Shown one piece after another: positions 46,224 through 54,675 of a DNA stretch of 63,180 bases. Position 1 is the stretch's first letter. Every line of letters begins with the position of its first letter. The DNA comes from Patescibacteria group bacterium (GTDB lineage Bacteria; Patescibacteriota; Microgenomatia; Levybacterales; UBA12049): assembly GCA_035646815.1 (NCBI GenBank), contig DASRON010000014.1, positions 1-63,180 of the forward strand, written 5' to 3'. The notes under the pieces are model-generated. The model saw nothing but the letters and a program-made list of their open reading frames with translations. It was not told the DNA's origin and made no database searches. The translations under genes and the position numbers were made by a program.

Positions 46224-46694
46224 ATGAGAAAGAAAGTTTTTGGAAAACAATTAAAAAGAGATAAAGATGAAAGAAAAGCCTTGTTTAAAGGTCTTTTGTC
46301 GTCTTTAGTTTTAGAAGAAAGTATTAAAACCACAGAACAAAAGGCAAAAGCAATAAGAGCTGATGCTGATAAGCTTGTTACAAAAGCTAAAAAAGAGCCA
46401 CTTTTGGCAAAAAGACTTTTAGAAAAAAAGATAGATTATAGAGCAGTTAAAAAAATGATTTCAGAAATTGCTCCAAGATTTAACAATAGACAGGGTGGAT
46501 ATACTAGAATGATAAGACTTGGAAGAAGATTTGGAGATGATGCGACAATGGTTGTGCTTGAGTGGACAGAGAAACCTCTTCCTAAAGAGGCAAGACCAAA
46601 AGATAAGGAAGTTAAAAAAGTAACTCCAGTTAAAAAAGTGGTAAAAAAAATAGTTAAAGAAAAGAAAAAAGAATCAAAAAAGGAGGCTAAGTAA
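46224..46694 (+). CDS. rplQ: 50S ribosomal protein L17 with a Lys-rich tail
   Basis: GGYTRMIRLGRRFGD motif. 156 aa. Confidence 0.94.
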   Translation: MRKKVFGKQLKRDKDERKALFKGLLSSLVLEESIKTTEQKAKAIRADADKLVTKAKKEPLLAKRLLEKKIDYRAVKKMISEIAPRFNNRQGGYTRMIRLGRRFGDDATMVVLEWTEKPLPKEARPKDKEVKKVTPVKKVVKKIVKEKKKESKKEAK

Positions 46695-46696
46695 TA

Positions 46697-47125
46697 ATGA
46701 AAAAAAGCTCAACAGCAATAAAACAGTCTGACATTAAACAGGAATGGCACGTAGTAGATCTTAAGGGTAAGATATTAGGAAGAGTTGCAGTTGATATTGC
46801 AAAGCTATTAATGGGTAAGTCAAAACCTAATTATGTTAGAAATTTAGATTGTGGAGATTTTGTAGTTGCAATAAATGCAAAAGAAATAAAAGTTACTGGT
46901 AAAAAAGAAACTGACAAAAAATATTACAGACATTCTGGATATCCGGGTGGGTTTAAAGAAGAAACATTAAAGAAAGTAAGAGAAAGAAAACCTGAAGATA
47001 TAATTATTCATGCTGTTTCAGGAATGTTGCCACAAAACAGATTAAAAGATAAAATGTTAAAAAGGTTTCGTGTTTTTGCAGGTTCTGAGCATAGCTTTGA
47101 GGATAAGTTTAAAAATAAGGAGTAA
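46697..47125 (+). CDS. rplM: 50S ribosomal protein L13
   Basis: EWHVVDLKGKILGRVA and YYRHSGYPGG motifs. Confidence 0.97.
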   Translation: MKKSSTAIKQSDIKQEWHVVDLKGKILGRVAVDIAKLLMGKSKPNYVRNLDCGDFVVAINAKEIKVTGKKETDKKYYRHSGYPGGFKEETLKKVRERKPEDIIIHAVSGMLPQNRLKDKMLKRFRVFAGSEHSFEDKFKNKE

Positions 47126-47127
47126 TT

Positions 47128-47583
47128 ATGGTAGAAATGGATAAAGATAATAAAAAAGCCTATATCTTTGCAGTAGGAAGAAGAAAGTCTTCTGTTGCAA
47201 GAGTAAGAGTTTACCAAACCCTTAAAGAGGATGTCGTCATTGCAGGAGAAAAAGTAAAAAAGGGAGATTTTTTCGTAAATGATAAAAAAGTAGAGAACTA
47301 TTTTAGTGGACCTGTTTTTTCTGCAATTTACCTAGAGCCTTTAAGAGCAGTTAATGTATTAGGGAAATATTCAATTACTGTAAAGGTTGTTGGCGGAGGC
47401 CCAAAAGGTCAACTTGATGCTGTTGTTCACGGTGTCTCAAGAGCACTGTCTGTAATAGATGAAAAAAATAGAAATATTTTAAAGAAAAAGGGACTGCTTA
47501 CTCGTGATGCAAGAGTTAGACAGCGAAGAAATGTTGGAATGGGTGGTAAATCAAGACGCAAGAAGCAATCTCCGAAAAGATAA
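47128..47583 (+). CDS. rpsI: 30S ribosomal protein S9
   Basis: GRRKSSVARVRV and C-terminal GGKSRRKKQSPKR. The start could instead be the ATG at 47137. Confidence 0.96.
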   Translation: MVEMDKDNKKAYIFAVGRRKSSVARVRVYQTLKEDVVIAGEKVKKGDFFVNDKKVENYFSGPVFSAIYLEPLRAVNVLGKYSITVKVVGGGPKGQLDAVVHGVSRALSVIDEKNRNILKKKGLLTRDARVRQRRNVGMGGKSRRKKQSPKR

Positions 47584-47596
47584 CTCTATTCTTGTT

Positions 47597-48401
47597 TTAC
47601 TCTTTCTTAGAATTACCGCCAAATCTTCTCTCTGTTTTGGAAAAGTCTATTAAATTTTCTGCAACATCAACTAGTGTTACTTCAGGTAATGTTTTTCCAT
47701 AAAGCGATGTTCACTATATTCAATTCTTGGGCCAAAAGCAGATGTTCTTTGTACACCTCCAGGTCTTAAGGCTAAATCGATTTCATAAAGCCTTCCCCCT
47801 ATTGTCACTAAAAGTTTTAATTAAATCAAAGTCAACGTTAATATTCGGTGGAAGAAATCCTTTTCTTTTTACAATATCAATTCTTGATAATGCTCTTTCT
47901 ATTTCATCTCTTCTTCCATAATCTAAAGCAAGTTGCAAAACAGGGCCGTTGTTATTAAATGTTTTCTCTTCAGCTTCATCGATTAGATCTCTTAAATGTT
48001 GAAGATATCGATCTCTTCTACCTATCTGCATTATTCTAACTCCTTTTCCATGAAGCTCATCAAGTGATTTAAAAATTGTTTTAGTGGTAATATTAAATAT
48101 ATTTTCTTTTTCAGAATTTGACCTCTTCTCTCAATTGTCTGTTGAAAAATCTCAAAGAACTACATTAATGCCGTTTGAAAGAAGAAACCTAGTTAGTTTT
48201 GAAGCATTCTCTGTTACTTGTGCGTGTCCCAATTCCCTCAGCCCATCCAAACTCTTTCTCAGCTCTTCTATTGCCATCCATGGTTATTTCTACAGTAGTT
48301 CCTTTTAAGCTTTTTTTTACTGCTTTAAATTCTTTCCAAGTTCGTCTTTTTTTAAAAGAGGATAACTTCTCTTTAATTTCTCTAAGTCCAATTCTTTCCA
48401 A
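47597..48401 (-). pseudogene. uppS: undecaprenyl-diphosphate synthase (UppS-like) relic with six in-frame stops and one frameshift
   Basis: Minus-strand translation gives TMDGNRR, then after a +1 shift GHAQV..NGINVVL-TGA-DFSTDN-TGA-EKR...IMQIGRRDR...LQLALDYGRRDEI...DLIKT..AL-TGA-N...FWPKN-TGA-I-TAG-TGA-...ERRFGGNSKKE-TAA. Stops at 48152-54, 48131-33, 47783-85, 47720-22, 47714-16 and 47711-13. Confidence 0.8.
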
Positions 48402-48449
48402 TGCAAAATGTCTTTCTATAAAAAATAATGAGATTAATAAAAAAGTTAT

Positions 48450-48632
48450 TTATTTAGCGTTGGTCCGTGGGGTAAGTTTATAAGTTCTAAAAAGTTCTTT
48501 TCCTCGTTCTATTGCTCCAGCTCCTCTATGTTGTCCGAGATTATCAAAAAAAGGACCCTTTTCAAATAATTTCCGTGTAGTATCGATACTATCTTTAGTA
48601 GGAGTTTTAGTAATTTTTTTTTCTACAGACAT
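48450..48632 (-). CDS. orphan 60-aa ORF upstream of the uppS relic
   Basis: MSVEKKITKTP...GPFFDNLGQHRGAGAIERGKELF. No recognised family. It could be a fragment of a decayed gene. Confidence 0.3.
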   Translation of the reverse strand: MSVEKKITKTPTKDSIDTTRKLFEKGPFFDNLGQHRGAGAIERGKELFRTYKLTPRTNAK

Positions 48633-48720
48633 GAGGTTGAATTATAATAAAAAAATACCTTTTAATCAAGTCTCTTTTTTTATCTATCTTAAAAAGTTAT
48701 TTGATATAATATTTAAGTTA

Positions 48721-49530
48721 ATGAAATCCAGAAGCTTTAAATTAAGTTTATCTATTACAGATCTTCCTTTAAATGTAAGCGTAGAGTCGATGTTTAGGCT
48801 TGCAAGTGATCTCAAGCTGGATGGCGTAGAGATTTATCCTGGTTTAAAAACATTTCCACATATTAGTTTATTGTTAAAATTTATTAAAAAATATAAAATT
48901 CCTGTACTTACAATACATTATCCTATCTGGATTACTCAAATAGTAATATCTTTCAATAGTGCTTTTAAGCTTGCTAGAGAGTTAGATTCCTCGATTGTTA
49001 TACATCCATTAAGTGAGAACTTAAATTCTCATAAGCAAGCAAAATTTTTCAAAACAATCTCAGCTCTTGCGCAAAAAAATAAGATAAATATTTTTCTTGA
49101 AAATCTTCCAAAAAGAAGTACTCTTCCAATTTATAAATATTTTTCCAAAACAGATTCTTCCTTAAATAATCTTAGGCAGCTAAATACTTATGCAAAAAAA
49201 TATAATTTTGGATTAGTATTTGATACAGCACATTATCAATGTGATTCACCTTATTTGGATATTGATTTTTTAAATGTATTTAAGGATATAAAAAACATTC
49301 ATCTTAGCGATTTTACTTTAAGTAAACAACATTTAAACCTTGGTGAAGGAGTTTTAAACTTTAAAGGTTTATTAAATTTTTTAATAAAAAATAGATATCA
49401 AGGAATTGTCACGCTTGAATATTCGCCGCGATTGTTTGAAAAATCGAAAAGTTATCAAGAAGCAGTAAAGACAGGAATAGGAGTAATTCGTTTCTTCTCT
49501 AAACATGCCTTAAGAACGTCGGTTACATAG
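48721..49530 (+). CDS. xylose-isomerase-like TIM-barrel protein (sugar phosphate isomerase/epimerase family)
   Basis: I chose the ATG at 48721 (MKSRSFKLSL). Blocks DGVEIY, IVIHP, FLENL, FDTAHY, IHLSD and VTLEY fit the AP-endonuclease-2/TIM pattern. The 3' end overlaps the convergent kinase relic by 76 nt. Confidence 0.7.
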   Translation: MKSRSFKLSLSITDLPLNVSVESMFRLASDLKLDGVEIYPGLKTFPHISLLLKFIKKYKIPVLTIHYPIWITQIVISFNSAFKLARELDSSIVIHPLSENLNSHKQAKFFKTISALAQKNKINIFLENLPKRSTLPIYKYFSKTDSSLNNLRQLNTYAKKYNFGLVFDTAHYQCDSPYLDIDFLNVFKDIKNIHLSDFTLSKQHLNLGEGVLNFKGLLNFLIKNRYQGIVTLEYSPRLFEKSKSYQEAVKTGIGVIRFFSKHALRTSVT

Positions 49531-50059
49531 GTGCTAACTTCCTCCTGGGATCTATCAGAGGTATCTATTGTAATTATTTTTGGGTTAGCTCTTCTCTTAA
49601 TTTCTTCTAGCGCTGAATCATATTCATTTTGAATATTAGTAAGATCTTCAACATTTTCATGCATATATTTCCATTTTGGTCGTAGCGAGCTAGATTTTCC
49701 AGACGATTCCGCTTGAATACGTCTTTCTATCCTGTCAACTGCTTCTTCGGGAGGGACAGTAAGAAAAAAAATTACATCTCTTACATCAGTTCTGGTTAGT
49801 TTTTGAAAAAAATCTATTCTCTTTTTCATTGGAAGCTTAGTAATTCTAGGAGAATAATAGATGGCATAAACAGAGGGGTCAATTAGGTAGTCTCGAGCTC
49901 CAAGTATCAACTCTGGATTTATGTTTTTGCTATATGTGGTTCAATTATTCTGCCTTGAATAATGACATCGATTGCATTTGCCAAAAGTGAAAGTCTTCTA
50001 CTCTGAGTCACATCACCTAGGTTATGAGCGGTATCTATAAATTTTAAAAAAATAATCAT
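49455..50059 (-). pseudogene. nucleoside/nucleotide kinase-like relic (no P-loop, frameshift in an A5 run)
   Basis: ATG 50059...IIEPHIAKT-TAA (49919-49921) continues in another frame as NINPELILGARDYLIDPSVYA...VIFFLTVPPEEAVDRIERR. The shift lies at TTTTT 49924-49928. No GxxxxGK[ST] is present before the tRNA. Confidence 0.6.
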
Positions 50060-50072
50060 AATAATTTTATTC

Positions 50073-50146
50073 TGGTCGGGGTGCGGAGAGTCGAACTCCA
50101 GTCACACGGCCCCCAGCCGCGCATTCTACCGTTAAACTACACCCCG
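50073..50146 (-). tRNA. tRNA-Pro (anticodon GGG), CCA encoded
   Basis: 74 nt. Acceptor CGGGGTG/CACCCCG with C1-G72 and A73, D arm GTTT/GAAT, anticodon stem CGCGG/CCGTG, loop CTGGGGG, T arm TGGAG-TTCGACT-CTCCG, 3' CCA. Confidence 0.92.
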
Positions 50147-50180
50147 CGAAAAAAATAAGAAATTGATCCAGAATGATCTA

Positions 50181-50208
50181 TTGTATTTTATCATAAGATT
50201 GGTAGAAT
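50181..50208 (+). promoter_or_regulatory. extended -10 promoter of recA, probably leaderless
   Basis: TTGTAT (50181-50186), 16-nt spacer, TGgTAGAAT (50200-50208), then 6 nt to the ATG at 50215. No Shine-Dalgarno. Confidence 0.55.
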
Positions 50209-50214
50209 TGGGGC

Positions 50215-51285
50215 ATGGCAAAAGCATCTTCTAAGGCTAAAGCAAATGGACAAGTTCAAACTTCGCATAAGCTAGAAGCAGTAAAACTTGCAATGGAGCA
50301 AATTGAAAAACAGTACGGAAGAGGTGCTATTATGCGCTTTGGTGAAGAGGGTCGAAAGTTTGATATATCAGTTATTTCTACAGGTTGTCTTCCTTTAGAC
50401 TTGGCGCTTGGAGTAGGAGGAGTGCCAAGGGGAAGAATTGTTGAAATTTATGGTCCTGAAGCTTCTGGAAAGACCACACTTTGTTTATCGATTATTGCTC
50501 AAGCTCAAAAACATGGAGGTATAGTAGCTTTTATTGACGCAGAACATGCGCTTGATCCAATCTGGGCAGAACAGATTGGAGTAAAATTAGATGAGCTTCT
50601 TATATCTCAGCCTGATACTGGAGAGCAGGCGTTAGAAATTACGGAAAGCTTGGTAAGAAGCGGAGGAATAGACGTATTAGTAATAGATTCTGTTGCAGCT
50701 TTAGTGCCAAGAGCAGAAATTGAGGGAGAAATGGGAGATTCTATGATGGGGCTTCAGGCAAGACTTATGTCGCAGGCATTAAGAAAACTAACTGGTGTTA
50801 TTTCAAAGTCAAAAACAGTTGTTATTTTTACAAACCAACTAAGGCAAAAAATAGGAATAATGTTTGGAAATCCAGAAACAACCACTGGTGGTCTTGCTCT
50901 CAAATTCTATTCTTCTGTAAGAATGGATGTTCGAAAAATTGAAACTATTAAAGATGGTGATAAAGCTATTGGTTCAAGGCATAGAGTCAAAATTGTTAAG
51001 AACAAAGTATCTGCTCCTTTTAGATTTGCTGAATTTGATGTTGGTGCCGGAGGAATTTCTCGTGAAGGAGGAGTTATGGATGTTGGAGTTGATATGGAGA
51101 TAATTAGTAAATCTGGAGCATTTTACAGGTACGGAGATTTAATGCTTGGACAAGGGAAACAAGCTGCAATGATTTATTTAAAAGAAAATAATGATATTAG
51201 TAAAAAAATAGTTGATGAAATAATGAGTAAAACAAAAACTTCAGGAACTCCCGTTGAGGTTGGACTAGAGACAGGAAAAGAATAA
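50215..51285 (+). CDS. recA: recombinase RecA
   Basis: 356 aa with [17 protein letters not shown] and L1/L2 loop blocks. Confidence 0.98.
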   Translation: MAKASSKAKANGQVQTSHKLEAVKLAMEQIEKQYGRGAIMRFGEEGRKFDISVISTGCLPLDLALGVGGVPRGRIVEIYGPEASGKTTLCLSIIAQAQKHGGIVAFIDAEHALDPIWAEQIGVKLDELLISQPDTGEQALEITESLVRSGGIDVLVIDSVAALVPRAEIEGEMGDSMMGLQARLMSQALRKLTGVISKSKTVVIFTNQLRQKIGIMFGNPETTTGGLALKFYSSVRMDVRKIETIKDGDKAIGSRHRVKIVKNKVSAPFRFAEFDVGAGGISREGGVMDVGVDMEIISKSGAFYRYGDLMLGQGKQAAMIYLKENNDISKKIVDEIMSKTKTSGTPVEVGLETGKE

Positions 51286-51292
51286 TTAGCAA

Positions 51293-51796
51293 ATGGATTC
51301 ATTTGAAAAATTTTACAATAAAGCTCTTCATTTTTTATCATTTCGTCCCAGATCAGAAAAAGAAGTAAGAAATTATTTCATAAAACCACGAAGAACGAAG
51401 TCAGGCTTTGTTAAAAAAAATATATCAGAAGAAACAATGGATAAAATTATAACAAGGCTCAAAAAACAAAGATTTATTAACGATAAAGAATTTGTTAAGT
51501 GGTGGATTGAACAAAGATTAAAATTTAGACCAAGAGCATGGAGAATAATTAAAATGGAGCTGGCAAGAAAAGGAATATCTCAAGAGATTTCTGATCCAAT
51601 AATTCAAAGTTTGGAATTTAGAATCCAAAATGATTTAGAGTTAGCAAAAAGACTTGTCCAAAAAAGGATAAATAGATATAAAAATTTATCAAAGATAGAA
51701 ATTTATCAAAAAATGGGAAGATTTTTAGCGTCAAAAGGTTTTGACTATGGAATAATAAAAAAAGTATTAGGCTTGACGGTTGATAGTAGCAAATAG
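51293..51796 (+). CDS. recX: RecX family regulator
   Basis: 167 aa of repeated three-helix units (ALHFLSFRPRSEKEVRNYF) directly after recA. Confidence 0.8.
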   Translation: MDSFEKFYNKALHFLSFRPRSEKEVRNYFIKPRRTKSGFVKKNISEETMDKIITRLKKQRFINDKEFVKWWIEQRLKFRPRAWRIIKMELARKGISQEISDPIIQSLEFRIQNDLELAKRLVQKRINRYKNLSKIEIYQKMGRFLASKGFDYGIIKKVLGLTVDSSK

Positions 51797-51862
51797 TATA
51801 ATTTAAGATGGCAAATAGGAATTGTCAGAGGAATATGAAAAGTTTAATTTACAAACCCTCTT

Positions 51863-51891
51863 TTGACATTTATAGGACTTTTAAATAAGGT
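51863..51891 (+). promoter_or_regulatory. sigma70-like promoter upstream of rny
   Basis: CCCTCTTTTGACA context. TTGACA (51863-51868), 17-nt spacer, TAAGGT (51886-51891). Confidence 0.45.
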
Positions 51892-51923
51892 TTTTCTTCT
51901 TATTGCCTCATAAAATATAATAT

Positions 51924-53180
51924 ATGCAAAATCAGGATTTAGTAAAACTTGAAGAGAAACTTCTTGAAAGAGAAGAAAGAATTGACAGGGAAAAAGAAAA
52001 ACTTGAAAAAGAAAGAGAAGAATTAAAAAAACTCAAAGATGATTTTAGGGAAAAACTTTCTAAAGTTTCTGGTTTAACCTCAGAGGAAGCAAGAAAAGAA
52101 CTCCTTATACAAACAGAAGAAAGAGAATCTCAGGCAGTTGCTAAAATAATTAGAGAAAAAGAAGAAGTTGCAAAGAAAACTGCTGACAAAAAAGCCCAAG
52201 AAATATTAATTGACAGTATGCGTCATGGAGCTCTTAATTACATAGCTGAATTTACGGTTTCAACTGTAAGAATTTCTGATGAAGATATTAAAGGAAGAAT
52301 TATTGGTAAAGAAGGAAGAAATATTAGAGCATTTGAACAAGCAACAGGTGTAGATGTTGATCTTGATGAAGAAGGCATAATTAGACTTTCCAGTTTTGAT
52401 CAGGTAAGAAGAGAAATTGCCAGAAGATCTCTTGAAAAACTTATTAAAGACACCAGGATTCAACCTTTTAGAATTGAAGAGCTTGTCGAACAAACAAAAA
52501 AAGAAGTTGAAAAAATTATGTTCGAAGAAGGAGAAAAACTTTCTCATGAAGCAGGGGTATTTAATCTCTCAGCAGATCTACTGTCAATATTAGGAAGATT
52601 TAAGTTTAGAACTTCTTATGGACAAAATTTAATTGTTCATACTCTTGAAGAAACTAAGATAGGTGTTCATATAGCACAAGAAGTTGGAGCTGATGCAAAT
52701 ATCGTAAGACTTGGGTGCTTGCTTCATGATGTGGGTAAGGTTGTAGAAGGAGAGGGTAATCATGTAAAGCTGGGAGCAGAACTTTTAAAAAGATACAATA
52801 TACCAGAACCTGTTATAAATTGTGTTTTAGAACATCATGAAGATAAACCATTTTCTTCTATGGAATCAATTATTGTTTACATAGCAGATGCTATTTCAGG
52901 AGCGCGCCCAGGAGCAAGATATGAAGATGTAGAAGAGTATGCAAAAAGACTTACTGAAATGGAAGAAATGGCAAAAAAATACGAAGGTGTTCAAGATGCC
53001 TATGCTTTTGAGGCAGGAAGAGAGTTAAGAATTATTATTGATCCAGGTAGACTAGATGATGCACAGACAACAGTGCTTGCTTCCAAAATTAGAGACGAAA
53101 TAGGAAAAGCACTTGCTGTTCCTGGAGATGTAAAAGTTACAGCAATTAGAGAATTTAGGGCAATCTCCTCTCATTCTTAA
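51924..53180 (+). CDS. rny: ribonuclease Y lacking the N-terminal membrane anchor
   Basis: Coiled-coil, a KH domain (RIIGKEGRNIRAFEQATGVD) and an HD domain (LLHDVGK...EHHED). 418 aa, against about 520 usually. Confidence 0.92.
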   Translation: MQNQDLVKLEEKLLEREERIDREKEKLEKEREELKKLKDDFREKLSKVSGLTSEEARKELLIQTEERESQAVAKIIREKEEVAKKTADKKAQEILIDSMRHGALNYIAEFTVSTVRISDEDIKGRIIGKEGRNIRAFEQATGVDVDLDEEGIIRLSSFDQVRREIARRSLEKLIKDTRIQPFRIEELVEQTKKEVEKIMFEEGEKLSHEAGVFNLSADLLSILGRFKFRTSYGQNLIVHTLEETKIGVHIAQEVGADANIVRLGCLLHDVGKVVEGEGNHVKLGAELLKRYNIPEPVINCVLEHHEDKPFSSMESIIVYIADAISGARPGARYEDVEEYAKRLTEMEEMAKKYEGVQDAYAFEAGRELRIIIDPGRLDDAQTTVLASKIRDEIGKALAVPGDVKVTAIREFRAISSHS

Positions 53181-53346
53181 CATCAATAGCTAAAACCTTT
53201 TTTATTAAATTAACCCTTGACAAGCTATTCGATTTCATTGTATTTTAGACCTAATCTTATTTAATAAATAAATTTATTAACTTACAAATTTTAACCCTAT
53301 ATGAATCTACAAATAATTTTATGCAGAATAAAGGAGGTGATAGTAA

Positions 53347-53619
53347 ATGACAAAAAATGATCTCATCGCATTAGTTGCGAAAAAAGCAAATCTTACAAAT
53401 AAAGCATCAAGAGACGCTGTAACTCATTTTCTGAATGGAATAAGAGATTCACTTAAAAGAGGAGAAAAAGTTGTAATTACAGGTTTTGGAACATTTAGTG
53501 TTAGAAAAAGAGCACAAAGGCCAGGTAGAAATCCAAAAACAGGAGAAAAAATTACGATTAGCGCAAGAAATGCTCCTGGTTTTACACCGGGTAAGACATT
53601 AAAAAAAGCGGTAAAATAA
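53347..53619 (+). CDS. hup: DNA-binding protein HU
   Basis: 90 aa with GFGTFSVRKRAQRPGRNPKTGEKI. AAGGAGGTG lies upstream of the start. Confidence 0.96.
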   Translation: MTKNDLIALVAKKANLTNKASRDAVTHFLNGIRDSLKRGEKVVITGFGTFSVRKRAQRPGRNPKTGEKITISARNAPGFTPGKTLKKAVK

Positions 53620-53637
53620 TTCTGATATAATGTTCTT

Positions 53638-54672
53638 GTGACGCTAAGATTAAGAATGACTTTTTTTGTCGTTCTGGCAGGGTTATTCATTTGGTTTTTA
53701 TACATTGACAGAGCGATCTTGACACCATTTGTATTGGCTGCAATTTTTGCCTATGTTTTTAATCCAATAGTAAATTTTCTGTATCTTAAAGTAAAACTTC
53801 CTCGTACATTTTCAATACTTATAATTTATCTTTTAATAATGAGCTTAGTGGTAACACTCAGCATTTTTTCAACAAGGAGGATTTTAAGCGAATCCTTAGA
53901 ATTTAATCAATTTATTTCAAAAACAGTTAATATAACTAAAACGCAAATAAATTCTTTGCCTGATTATATTAAACCAACAGCAAAGGAAGCTTTAATTAGT
54001 CTTGAACAGTCAAAGATTTTTTCTTCACAATCATTATTTTCATTATTTCCACAAGCAATTTCTAAAATAGTAAGTTTTTTTATATTTCTTTTTGCAGCTT
54101 TTTACTTTCTCAAAGATGGAAATTTTATGCTAAATAAATTTTTAAATTTAATTCCAATAAAGCATAAAATTGAAGTAGAGATTACCTTAAGAAGAATAAA
54201 CAAGATTTTTGGAGCATATTTACGTGGACAAATTTTTTTAGTTTTTATTGTTTCTCTTATTTTGTTCATAGCGTTATCAATTTTAGGAGTTAAATTTGCT
54301 TTAATTATATCAATATTTTCTGGTTTTGCTGAGATAGTGCCAATAATTGGCCCTATTGTTGCAGGTACTGTTGCAACATTGGTTGTATTAATAAGTGGAG
54401 TGTCAAATTTTAATTTGACACCAATTCATGCGTCAATTATTGTAATTATAATTTATTTTGTAACTCGTCAATTAGAAGATTATTCTATTATTCCTTATGT
54501 TATGGGAAAAATAACAGAGTTACATCCTTTAATAATTCTTTTTGCAGTTATCTCAGGTGGGCATCTTTTTGGGATACTTGGTTTTATATTAGCGGTTCCA
54601 ATAGCTGGAGTTATAAAAATTATTCTAGGTTTTACGTTAGATAAGATAAACTCTTCAAGTAGGTCTAAGTAA
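53638..54672 (+). CDS. AI-2E family transporter (PerM/UPF0118)
   Basis: 344 aa, multi-TM, with FAEIVPIIGPIVAG and LAVPIAGVIKI motifs. The listed start is GTG. The ATG at 53656 is an alternative. Confidence 0.85.
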   Translation: MTLRLRMTFFVVLAGLFIWFLYIDRAILTPFVLAAIFAYVFNPIVNFLYLKVKLPRTFSILIIYLLIMSLVVTLSIFSTRRILSESLEFNQFISKTVNITKTQINSLPDYIKPTAKEALISLEQSKIFSSQSLFSLFPQAISKIVSFFIFLFAAFYFLKDGNFMLNKFLNLIPIKHKIEVEITLRRINKIFGAYLRGQIFLVFIVSLILFIALSILGVKFALIISIFSGFAEIVPIIGPIVAGTVATLVVLISGVSNFNLTPIHASIIVIIIYFVTRQLEDYSIIPYVMGKITELHPLIILFAVISGGHLFGILGFILAVPIAGVIKIILGFTLDKINSSSRSK

Positions 54673-54675
54673 AAA

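Noticed and set aside
47597-47790. Alternative reading of the uppS 3' region through extra frameshifts (EIDLALRPGGVQRTSAFGPRIEYSEHRF in another frame also looks vaguely UppS-like).
   Set aside because: Both flanks (DLIKT... and ...ERRFGG) are in the same frame, so a single frame with in-frame stops is more parsimonious. I cannot fully exclude a small internal duplication without an alignment.
47727-48483. Plus-strand ORFs 47727..47921, 48084..48308 and 48199..48483.
   Set aside because: They are antisense shadows of the uppS relic. The minus strand carries the recognisable UppS motifs.
48631-48720. N-terminal 30 codons of listed ORF 48631..49530.
   Set aside because: They overlap the divergent 60-aa ORF start and read like spacer. 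The TIM-barrel sequence begins at the ATG at 48721.
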